Origin: Deltaproteobacteria bacterium
GTDB taxonomy: Bacteria > Myxococcota_A > UBA9160 > SMWR01
Assembly: GCA_019310425.1 (NCBI GenBank)
Contig: JAFDEI010000002.1
Location: forward strand, 3,101-67,100
Direction: 5' to 3'
Length of the DNA stretch: 64,000 bases
A program made the position numbers and the translations under genes. The stretch's first letter is position 1; each line of letters opens with the position of its first letter. The notes below the pieces were generated by a model. That model did no database searches and was not told where the DNA came from. It saw only the letters and a list, made by a program, of their open reading frames with translations. Of the stretch, positions 55,314-64,000 are shown piece by piece.

Positions 55314-55694
55314 CACCGCTAGAGCCCCGCTTTAGGCTTTCTCTGATCGCTTTCATTCGGCTGCTGCCGCGGCGCTCGACGTCCCCCGCTGAGTTTCACC
55401 GGAACAGCCGATTCCAACCACTCTTTCAACCCATTCTCCCCTTATCGGGGCCTCCCAGCTGCATTGCGGGCGAAATATGAGCCGGGGTCCTGGCGACGCG
55501 AGAGAATCCAGCCGACTGGCGATCCGCCGCTTTGGAATTTTCGATCAACTTTTGATTCAGAGCTTCCGAACGAGCAGATAGAGCCGAACCCTCCTCACCG
55601 AAAGCGGTAGGCACCACACCCCTTCAACCGTTGCACCTCTCAGGGCAATCGGGCCCCACCACAACGACCCTCGAAATCGAAAGAGAACAAATCT

Positions 55695-57047
55695 GTGAGC
55701 AATTACCGCGCTGGCGAAAGCAATTCTGCTCCGGGGCGTTCGCGCCGGGGGCGAGGTCGTCGGCCCCGTGGCGGTGGGAATGGCGGGAACAACGCGCGCG
55801 ATTCGCGCCAGGGCGGCAAGTCCGAATTCCCGGATGACGAGCCGTTCGAGGACGAGATCGACGAGGGCGATCCGGACGCGGAGAGCGTTCACGTCAATGA
55901 CCTCAAAGCGAAGACTCCCCAGCAGCTCACCGAGTTCGGCGAAGAGCTGGAGATCGAAAGCGCAGCGGGTCTGCGCAAGCAGGACCTGATCTTCGAGATC
56001 CTGAAGGCACAGACTGCCAAGAAGGGGCGCATCTACGCCGAAGGCACGCTCGAGACCCTGCCCGATGGCTTCGGCTTCTTGCGTGCACCGGACCAGAACT
56101 ACCTGGCCGGGCCCGACGACATCTACGTCTCTCCGTCCCAGATCCGGCGCTTCAACCTGCGTACGGGAGACACGGTGCTCGGGCAGATCCGCCCGCCCAA
56201 GGAAGGTGAACGTTACTTCGCACTGCTCAAGGTCAACTCGATCAATCTCGAGTCGCCCGAGAACGCTCGACACAAGATCCTGTTCGACAACCTGACACCG
56301 CTCTACCCCGAGGACCGCTTCGATCTCGAGGCACCGAAGGGTGGGATCACGACGCGAATCATCGACCTGATCGCTCCGATCGGGAAGGGCCAGCGCGCGC
56401 TCATCGTGCTGCTGATCGACGAGCGTCCCGAAGAAGTGACCGACATGCAGCGGACCGTGAAGGCCGAGGTCATTTCCTCGACCTTCGACGAGCCCGCGAC
56501 ACGCCACGTGCAGGTTGCCGACATGGTGATCGAGAAGGCCCGGAGGCTCGTCGAGCACAAGCGCGACGTGGTGATCCTGCTCGACTCGATCACGCGCCTT
56601 GCCCGCGCCCACAACACCGTCGTGCCCCACTCGGGCAAGATTCTCTCGGGTGGTGTCGACTCGAATGCACTGCACAAGCCCAAGCGTTTCTTCGGAGCTG
56701 CGCGCAATGTGGAAGAGGGCGGCAGTCTGACGATCATAGGTACCGCGCTGATCGACACCGGTTCGCGGATGGACGAAGTCATATTCGAGGAGTTCAAGGG
56801 CACCGGCAACAGCGAGATCGTACTCGACCGCAAGCTCGCCGATCGGCGGACCTACCCCGCGATCGACATCAACCGCTCGGCGACTCGGCGGGAAGAGCTG
56901 CTGCTGCCGGAGACCACCCTGAATCGGATGTATATTCTCCGCAAGGTGCTCGCACCACTCAATCCGGTCGATTCGATGGAGTTCCTGCTCGAGAAGGTCA
57001 AAGCTACGAACACCAATGACGAATTCCTGGAGTCGATGAACTCGTAG
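55695..57047 (+). CDS. rho: Transcription termination factor Rho homologue with RG-rich/acidic N-terminal extension and no Walker A P-loop
   Basis: GTG start. N-terminal helix bundle, OB-fold (GFGFLR) and C-terminal motifs ([41 protein letters not shown]) are all present. [10 protein letters not shown] is followed directly by [10 protein letters not shown]. Confidence 0.85.
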   Translation: MSNYRAGESNSAPGRSRRGRGRRPRGGGNGGNNARDSRQGGKSEFPDDEPFEDEIDEGDPDAESVHVNDLKAKTPQQLTEFGEELEIESAAGLRKQDLIFEILKAQTAKKGRIYAEGTLETLPDGFGFLRAPDQNYLAGPDDIYVSPSQIRRFNLRTGDTVLGQIRPPKEGERYFALLKVNSINLESPENARHKILFDNLTPLYPEDRFDLEAPKGGITTRIIDLIAPIGKGQRALIVLLIDERPEEVTDMQRTVKAEVISSTFDEPATRHVQVADMVIEKARRLVEHKRDVVILLDSITRLARAHNTVVPHSGKILSGGVDSNALHKPKRFFGAARNVEEGGSLTIIGTALIDTGSRMDEVIFEEFKGTGNSEIVLDRKLADRRTYPAIDINRSATRREELLLPETTLNRMYILRKVLAPLNPVDSMEFLLEKVKATNTNDEFLESMNS

Positions 57048-57078
57048 CTCGGCCGTCCCACCGGACTCTGCGGCTCTC

Positions 57079-58154
<1,076 letters not shown>

Positions 58155-58158
<4 letters not shown>

Positions 58159-59042
58159 CGACCGCCGCCCCCGCGGACGGCAAGATCTGGACGGTTCTCG
58201 AGTTGCTGACGTGGACGAAGCGCCACTTCGTGTCGCGTGGGATCGAAACCGCGCAGCTCGATGCGGAGTGTCTGCTCGCCCACGTGTTGGACGTCGAGCG
58301 GCTGAAGCTGTTCCTGGATTTCGAGGAAGAGGTCTCAAAAGTCGACCGAGCGGTCTTTCGGGATCTCGTCCGCAAGCGTGCGGGTGAGCGCGTGCCGGTC
58401 GCGCAACTCACGGGTCACAAGGAGTTCTGGTCGCTGCCGCTCAAGGTCACGGCCGATGTACTGGTTCCGCGCCCCGACACCGAGACTCTGGTCGCAGCGG
58501 TACTCGAGCGGCTGCCCGGAGGCGACGCCCCGCTCCGGCTGCTCGACATCGGGACCGGAAGTGGGGCGGTGGCACTTGCGATTGCGGTGGAGCGCCCGAC
58601 GGCGCACCTTGTCGGTACCGATATTTCGAAGGCGGCACTTGAGATTGCGCGCGAAAATGCCGATGTGAATGGGGTCTCGGATCGAATCGAATTGCGGCAT
58701 GGCCCGTTGTTCGAGCCGGTTGCGGGGCAACGTTTCGACTGGATCGTATCGAATCCCCCCTATGTAGCGGAAAGCCAACGCGGAACCCTGCCGCCTGAGC
58801 TCGATCACGAGCCCGAGCAGGCCTTGTTCTCGGGGGAGGATGGAACGACGATGCTGGCGGAGTTGATCGCGCAGGCTCCGGCGCTGCTGCGACCCGGGGG
58901 CGGTATCGCGGTCGAACTGGCGCCTGAACAGGCTGATTCGGTAACAGGTTGGTGTCGCGACGCGTGTTTCACCGATGTGCGTACGCACCGCGACCTGGGT
59001 CGGCGGGTCCGGGTGGTGTCGGCGCGGCTGCCTGCGGGCTGA
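58155..59042 (+). CDS. prmC: Release factor glutamine methyltransferase PrmC/HemK
   Basis: [11 protein letters not shown] and SNPPYV motifs. Overlaps the prfA stop. Confidence 0.85.
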
Positions 59043-59080
59043 CGCGACCCGGGGATGGGTTCGCAAGTGGAGGCGGGAGC

Positions 59081-60340
59081 ATGGATCAGATCGTCGTGCG
59101 GGGTGGCAATCGCCTCGTTGGCGAAGTAGCGGTCTCGGGTTCGAAGAACTCGACCCTGGCCTTGATGGCGAGCGCACTGCTGGCCGACGGCGTCAGCGTT
59201 CTCGATAACGCTCCGCGGCTGCGGGACGTCGACGCGATGCTCGAGCTGCTGCGAGCGCTCGGCGCGAAGGCCGACTGGAACGACGAGAGCGGCCACACGC
59301 TGTCGATCGACGCGAGCGGTGTCGACAATTTCGAGGCGCCATACGACCTCGTTCGCAAGATGCGTGCGTCGTTCATGGTGCTGGGCCCGTTGGTCGCTCG
59401 TTTCGGCAACGCTCGCGTTTCCGAGCCGGGTGGCTGCGCGATCGGCGTGCGCCCAGTCGACCAGCACCTGAAGGGCCTCGAGGCCCTCGGCGCAAAGGTG
59501 CAGCTCCAGCATGGCTACGTCCAGGCGACGTCTTCCGGGCTCGAGGGCGCTCGGCTCGCGTTCGACCTCACGACGGTGAACGGCACCCAGAACGTCCTGA
59601 TGGCCGCGACCCTCGCGCGCGGCGAGACCGTGATCGAGAACGCGGCACGAGAACCCGAAGTGGTCGAACTCGCAACCATGCTCTCGAAGATGGGTGCGGA
59701 AATCCACGCTGCGGGCAGCGATCGCATCGTGGTTCGGGGCGTAAAGGAGTTGCGGCCGGTCCGGCACCGGGTCGAGGGAGACCGCATCGAAGCGGGCACG
59801 TTACTCGCCGCCGCGGCCATCACCCGTGGCGACGTGCGAGTGACGGGCATCGACCCGTCACTGCTCGAATCGACACTCGAAAAGCTGCGTGAGCTGGGCG
59901 CCGAGGTGGAGGTCGACGCGGACGGTGCACGCGTACGTGCGGACGGTCACCAGGTCGGCATCCGCGTGGTTACCGCGCCATTCCCGGGTTTTCCGACGGA
60001 TATGCAGGCGCAGATCATGGCCGTACTGACGCTGGTCGATGGTTCGAGCGTGGTGATCGAGAACGTCTTCGAGAACCGCTTCATGCACGTTCCGGAGCTC
60101 CAGCGCCTCGGCGCCGATATATCGCTCTCGGGTCGTTCCGCTCACGTGCGCGGCGTCGAGAAGCTCATGGGTGCGCCCGTGATGGCAACGGATCTGCGCG
60201 CATCGGCGGGGCTGCTGCTCGCGGGCCTCGTTGCCACGGGTGAGACTCGCGTGAGTCGGGTCTATCACATCGATCGCGGCTACGAAAACATCGAAGCGAA
60301 GCTCCGAAGCCTGGGAGCGGACATCTGCAGGGAGGTTTGA
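59081..60340 (+). CDS. murA: UDP-N-acetylglucosamine 1-carboxyvinyltransferase
   Basis: ATG 59081 follows [35 protein letters not shown]. Active-site loop [12 protein letters not shown]. Confidence 0.9.
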   Translation: MDQIVVRGGNRLVGEVAVSGSKNSTLALMASALLADGVSVLDNAPRLRDVDAMLELLRALGAKADWNDESGHTLSIDASGVDNFEAPYDLVRKMRASFMVLGPLVARFGNARVSEPGGCAIGVRPVDQHLKGLEALGAKVQLQHGYVQATSSGLEGARLAFDLTTVNGTQNVLMAATLARGETVIENAAREPEVVELATMLSKMGAEIHAAGSDRIVVRGVKELRPVRHRVEGDRIEAGTLLAAAAITRGDVRVTGIDPSLLESTLEKLRELGAEVEVDADGARVRADGHQVGIRVVTAPFPGFPTDMQAQIMAVLTLVDGSSVVIENVFENRFMHVPELQRLGADISLSGRSAHVRGVEKLMGAPVMATDLRASAGLLLAGLVATGETRVSRVYHIDRGYENIEAKLRSLGADICREV

Positions 60341-60342
60341 CC

Positions 60343-61719
60343 ATGGCAACCAGGACGGCGACCAAGGGAATGGTGAACGTGTTGCAGGCCGATGGCGCGG
60401 GTTTCGAGGCGCGTTTTGCCAAGCTCGTGTCGCGCCGCGACGGCGAGGGCGAAAACGTCGAGAAGTCGGCCCGGAAGATCGTAGAGCGTGTTCGCGACGG
60501 AGGCGATGAGGAGCTACTCGCTTGCATTCGGAAATTCGACGGCAACAAGGCGGAGGCTCTCGAAGTAACGGCCGAAGAATGGGACGAAGGTTGCGAGGCG
60601 ACCGATCCCGCTGATCGCGCGGCGCTCGGCAAGGCCGCGATGCGCGTCCGCGACTTTCACCGAAAAAGAATTCCGTCGAGCTGGGAGGTTCGCGAGGAGG
60701 GCGGTGGCATCTTTGGTAACCGCGTTCGTCCGCTCGAACGCGTAGGGGTTTATGTACCGGGCGGCAAGGCGTTCTATCCGTCGAGCGTGATCATGAACGC
60801 GGTGCCGGCATCGGTGGTCGAGGTGCCCGAAGTCGTGATGGCAACTCCTGCCGCCAGTGACGGCAGGATCCGGCCGGAAGTGCTGATGGCCGCACGCGTG
60901 GCTGGAGTGCATAGAATATTCAAAATGGGCGGTGCTCACGCGGTTGCCGCGCTGGCATACGGGACCGAGACCGTGCCTCGGGTCGATAAGATCGTCGGCC
61001 CCGGCAATGCCTATGTCGCCGCCGCGAAGCGGCTGGTATTCGGACAGGTTGCGATCGACTCGGAAGCCGGGCCGACCGAGCTGGTGATCATCGCCGACAA
61101 GACGGCGACACCCGCGTGGTTGGCGGCGGATCTGATTTCCCAGGCCGAGCATGACGAGATGGCGAGTTGCTTGCTGTTCACGAACTCCAAGGCCATCGCG
61201 ACGCGCGTACAGGACCAGCTCACCCGCCAAATGAAGGGATTCGGACGCGCCAAGATCGCGAAAGCTGCACTCACGAAGCGCGGCGCGATCGTGATCGCGA
61301 AGAACATTGCGGAGTGCATCGAACTCGCCAACCGGTACGCGCCGGAGCACCTGATGATCGCCACTGATGACGCCGACGTGGTATCGAAAGGCGTCAAGAA
61401 TGCCGGTGCGATCTTCCTGGGTCACTATACTCCGGTGGCGGTTGGCGACTACATCGCCGGGCCGAACCACGTGTTGCCCACCGGTGGGACGGCGCGATTC
61501 TTCTCGCCGCTCGGAGTCGAGGACTTCCTCAAGCGGACGAGCGTCACGCGTTTCGAACCGCCGAAACTCCGCGAACTCGGCGGCGATGTGATCCGGCTGG
61601 CGGAAATGGAAGGACTCGTCGGGCACGGGCAGTCGGTCGACCTGCGGTTGCAGAAGATTCGACGCGCTCGCCGAGAGCGAGAGGCTGCTCGAGAAGCGGA
61701 GGCGGAAATCGAGATATGA
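60343..61719 (+). CDS. hisD: Histidinol dehydrogenase
   Basis: ATG 60343 (alternative TTG at 60337). VGVYVPGG, QAEHDE, GDYIAGPNHVLPT. Confidence 0.9.
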   Translation: MATRTATKGMVNVLQADGAGFEARFAKLVSRRDGEGENVEKSARKIVERVRDGGDEELLACIRKFDGNKAEALEVTAEEWDEGCEATDPADRAALGKAAMRVRDFHRKRIPSSWEVREEGGGIFGNRVRPLERVGVYVPGGKAFYPSSVIMNAVPASVVEVPEVVMATPAASDGRIRPEVLMAARVAGVHRIFKMGGAHAVAALAYGTETVPRVDKIVGPGNAYVAAAKRLVFGQVAIDSEAGPTELVIIADKTATPAWLAADLISQAEHDEMASCLLFTNSKAIATRVQDQLTRQMKGFGRAKIAKAALTKRGAIVIAKNIAECIELANRYAPEHLMIATDDADVVSKGVKNAGAIFLGHYTPVAVGDYIAGPNHVLPTGGTARFFSPLGVEDFLKRTSVTRFEPPKLRELGGDVIRLAEMEGLVGHGQSVDLRLQKIRRARREREAAREAEAEIEI

Positions 61720-62315
61720 GTGGCGGCGACAGGCGTATTGCAACGGTCGAGCGCAAGACCAAGGAGACCGAGATCAGCATCGAGTTCAACCTCGATGGTA
61801 CCGGCGAATACGACATTTCGACGGGGATTCCGTTCTTCAACCATATGCTGGAGTCGTTCGCGAGGCACGGTCTGTTCGACCTGCGCCTGCGCGCCAAGGG
61901 TGACCTCGATGTAGATACGCACCACACCATCGAGGATGTGGGGATCGTGCTGGGCCAGGCGGTGAAGGAGGCGTTGGGCACAACGGCGGGAGTTCGCCGT
62001 TACGGTTTCTTCGTGCTGCCGATGGCGGAGGCGAAGGTCGACGTTGCGATCGACGTGTCGAACCGCCCGTATCTCGTCTATCGCGTCGAATGCGCGAACG
62101 ATCGGATCGAGGGGTTCGATGTTTCGTTGACGGAGGACTTCCTCTACGCCTTCTCGCAGAATGCGGGCCTCGATCTCCACGTCGAGCTTCGGTACGGAAA
62201 GAGCCCGCACCACATCGTCGAGGCGATCTTCAAGGGACTCGCACGCGCGTTGCGCATATCGGTCGAACGGGATCCGCGCGTCGTCGGCTTGCCGACGGTG
62301 AAGGGGGCGCTGTAG
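61716..62315 (+). CDS. hisB: Imidazoleglycerol-phosphate dehydratase
   Basis: RKTKETEISIE...DTHHTIEDVGI...HHIVEAIFKG. Confidence 0.9.
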   Translation: MSGGDRRIATVERKTKETEISIEFNLDGTGEYDISTGIPFFNHMLESFARHGLFDLRLRAKGDLDVDTHHTIEDVGIVLGQAVKEALGTTAGVRRYGFFVLPMAEAKVDVAIDVSNRPYLVYRVECANDRIEGFDVSLTEDFLYAFSQNAGLDLHVELRYGKSPHHIVEAIFKGLARALRISVERDPRVVGLPTVKGAL

Positions 62316-62321
62316 CTCGCG

Positions 62322-62963
62322 ATGTCCGTTGCTCCGATCATCGCTGTGGTGGACTACGGCGCGGGCAACCTTCGCAGCGTTGCGAAGGCACTCGAGCGTT
62401 CGAATCTGGAGCCTCGCGTGATGGCTGATCCAGCGGCTGTGCGCAGTGCGGACGGCGTGGTGCTGCCCGGTGTCGGTGCCTTCCCGGACGCGATTGCGAA
62501 TCTGCAAGAGAAGGGGCTCGACGATGCCGTGCTCGAGTCGATCGAGAGCGGCCGCCCGTATCTGGGCCTGTGCCTCGGTCTCCAAGTTCTCTTTGAGCAG
62601 AGCGATGAACACGGGTTGACACAGGGTCTCGGGCTGTTGCCGGGCCGGGTCGAACGTTTCGCCGAACGTGACGCCGACGGTACAGCGCTGCGGGTACCCC
62701 ACATCGGATGGAACCGAGTGCGTTTTCGAGGCTCCCATCCGATGCTGGACAATATGCCTGCCGAAGATTGCTACTACTTCGTCCATTCGTACCGTGCGGT
62801 TGCGGCGCGGCCGAACGATGCCATCGGTATCGCCGACTACGGTGGCGATTTCGCGGCCGCGGTAGCAACCGACAAGCTCTTCGCGGTGCAATTCCACCCG
62901 GAAAAGAGCCAGGGGGCGGGTCGTATGTTGCTCGACGCCTATGCCGCGTGGGTGCGGTCGTGA
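62322..62963 (+). CDS. hisH: Imidazole glycerol phosphate synthase, glutamine amidotransferase subunit
   Basis: IAVVDYGAGNLRSV, GLCLGLQ, HIGWN, QFHPEKS. Confidence 0.9.
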   Translation: MSVAPIIAVVDYGAGNLRSVAKALERSNLEPRVMADPAAVRSADGVVLPGVGAFPDAIANLQEKGLDDAVLESIESGRPYLGLCLGLQVLFEQSDEHGLTQGLGLLPGRVERFAERDADGTALRVPHIGWNRVRFRGSHPMLDNMPAEDCYYFVHSYRAVAARPNDAIGIADYGGDFAAAVATDKLFAVQFHPEKSQGAGRMLLDAYAAWVRS

Positions 62964-63601
62964 TCGCGCGTGTTTTGCGCTGGTACTCGGTGGTGCTGTT
63001 GTTGGTGCTCACGGCGTGTGCGACCGATCGGCAGATCGACGCGCAGACCTACGCGCCGACGGGTCCGGCGCTAGCGCGAGTGGCGGTGGTTCCGTTCTAC
63101 GCCCACCGGCTCTACGATGGGTCCAGCCGGCTCGGCGGGGTCTCGCCGGAGCTCGCGACCGAGCGCGTGACGCAGCAGGTCGCCGAGGCGATGCTCGCAG
63201 AGGGCATCGAGATCGTTCCGGTCGATGAAATCGTGAACGCTTTCGAGAATTTCCCGCGCGCGACCGCGGTGATCGATTCGCAGATCTACGCCGAGGGAGC
63301 GGGGAGCACCCTCGGTGCGACCAGCGTGCTGGTGGGCGAGGTGCTGCGCTACCGCGACGCCCGCGGGGCCACGGCGCCCGGGCGGCATCCGGCGAGTGTG
63401 GCCTTCCAGGTGACTCTCTACGAAGCGCCCGACGGGTTCAAGCTCTGGTCTGCGCGCTACGATTACACCCAACCGCCGCCGCAGGAAAAGTCCGGCAGCG
63501 ACATGCACGACGCCGTGTTGATGCAGCATTGGTTGACCGCGCACGAAATCGCGCAACGCGGTGCCGATGCGATCGCGCAGTCGCTGGCCGACGCCAGGTA
63601 G
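62960..63601 (+). CDS. Hypothetical lipoprotein inserted between hisH and hisA
   Basis: The GTG start overlaps the hisH stop (GTGA). Signal peptide with lipobox (VVLLLVLTAC). No family recognised. Confidence 0.5.
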   Translation: MIARVLRWYSVVLLLVLTACATDRQIDAQTYAPTGPALARVAVVPFYAHRLYDGSSRLGGVSPELATERVTQQVAEAMLAEGIEIVPVDEIVNAFENFPRATAVIDSQIYAEGAGSTLGATSVLVGEVLRYRDARGATAPGRHPASVAFQVTLYEAPDGFKLWSARYDYTQPPPQEKSGSDMHDAVLMQHWLTAHEIAQRGADAIAQSLADAR

Positions 63602-63642
63602 CGCGCGCGCCGGCGCGACCCCGAAACGAAAGCGAGCCCCCC

Positions 63643-64000
63643 ATCGCCCCCTTTGAGCTCATTCCTGCCATCGACGTGCTCGACGGCCGCTGTGTTCGAC
63701 TCACGCAGGGCCGCTACGACGAGGCGACGATCTACGGCGAAGACCCCGGTGCGGTCGCTTCGGGCTTCGCCGCGCACGCGCTCGCTCGGCTGCACGTGGT
63801 GGACCTCGATGGCGCGAGGGCGGGTGAGACGCGCAACGGCGACGCGATCCGCGATATCGTCTCGGGCGTGGGTGCGATCCCGGTTCAGCTCGGTGGCGGC
63901 ATTCGGACCGTCGCCGCGGTCGAAACCGCGCTGGCGCTCGGCGTCGACCGTGTGATCCTCGGGACGGTGGCGTTGCGTGACCCCGAGCTCGTGCGCGAAG
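63643..64000 (+). CDS. hisA: HisA (ProFAR isomerase), 5' portion; gene continues beyond the window; start codon unresolved
   Basis: The frame encodes ...PFELIPAIDVLDGRCVRLTQGRYDE...HVVDLDGA...GGGIR. No in-frame ATG, GTG or TTG lies close upstream. ATC 63643 and ATT 63661 are the nearest near-cognate codons. The nearest canonical codon is TTG 63529. Confidence 0.8.
   Translation, partial: MAPFELIPAIDVLDGRCVRLTQGRYDEATIYGEDPGAVASGFAAHALARLHVVDLDGARAGETRNGDAIRDIVSGVGAIPVQLGGGIRTVAAVETALALGVDRVILGTVALRDPELVRE

Overview
The window is a GC-rich chromosomal segment from a diderm bacterium. The diderm call rests on a LptM-like lipoprotein, LspA, TatAC, a PBP1B-type synthase and M23/M20 peptidases. 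Phylum cannot be assigned from sequence alone. It is almost entirely housekeeping core genome with tight, often overlapping operons. On the forward strand these are glnB-glnA, rho-prfA-prmC-murA-hisD-hisB-hisH-(lipoprotein)-hisA, selA, and rluD-pgeF. On the reverse strand these are argH-(LptM-like lipoprotein)-lysA-dapF-dapA-dapB, tatA-tatC, and rne/rng-rplU-rpmA-obg-proB-proA-nadD-rsfS-gpmI-comF. I found no rRNA, tRNA, CRISPR array, transposase, integrase or phage genes. Five observations stand out. (1) A reverse-strand regulatory cassette at about 18.7-24.2 kb appears to link sigma-54 control to c-di-GMP signalling. It runs: sigma-54 promoter, an unusual pseudo-receiver/degenerate EBP-AAA+/HisKA kinase, an NtrC-family activator, two TGTTCC-N4-GGAACA dyads, a second sigma-54 promoter, REC-HD-GYP, PilZ. 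(2) A family of about 67-bp hairpin repeats has a conserved loop and compensatory stem changes, with three copies in the window. (3) Four otherwise canonical housekeeping genes (rho, trxB, proB, rpmA) lack short conserved segments while staying in frame. These include the Rho Walker A P-loop and the TrxB C-terminal FAD (GD) motif. This could be an assembly artefact or real biology. (4) Several uncharacterised modules are present: DUF1232 + REC-PAS + a 547-aa polytopic membrane protein; a PAS-HisKA-REC protein without an ATPase domain; a ParA/MinD ATPase + degenerate-J/RodZ-like HTH protein; and a tandem ThyX-like protein + secreted protein + GNAT. (5) A lipoprotein overlaps the 3' end of the PBP1B-like gene and resembles an LpoP-type activator. 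All family assignments come from reading the translated ORFs and recognising motifs from memory. No database search was run.
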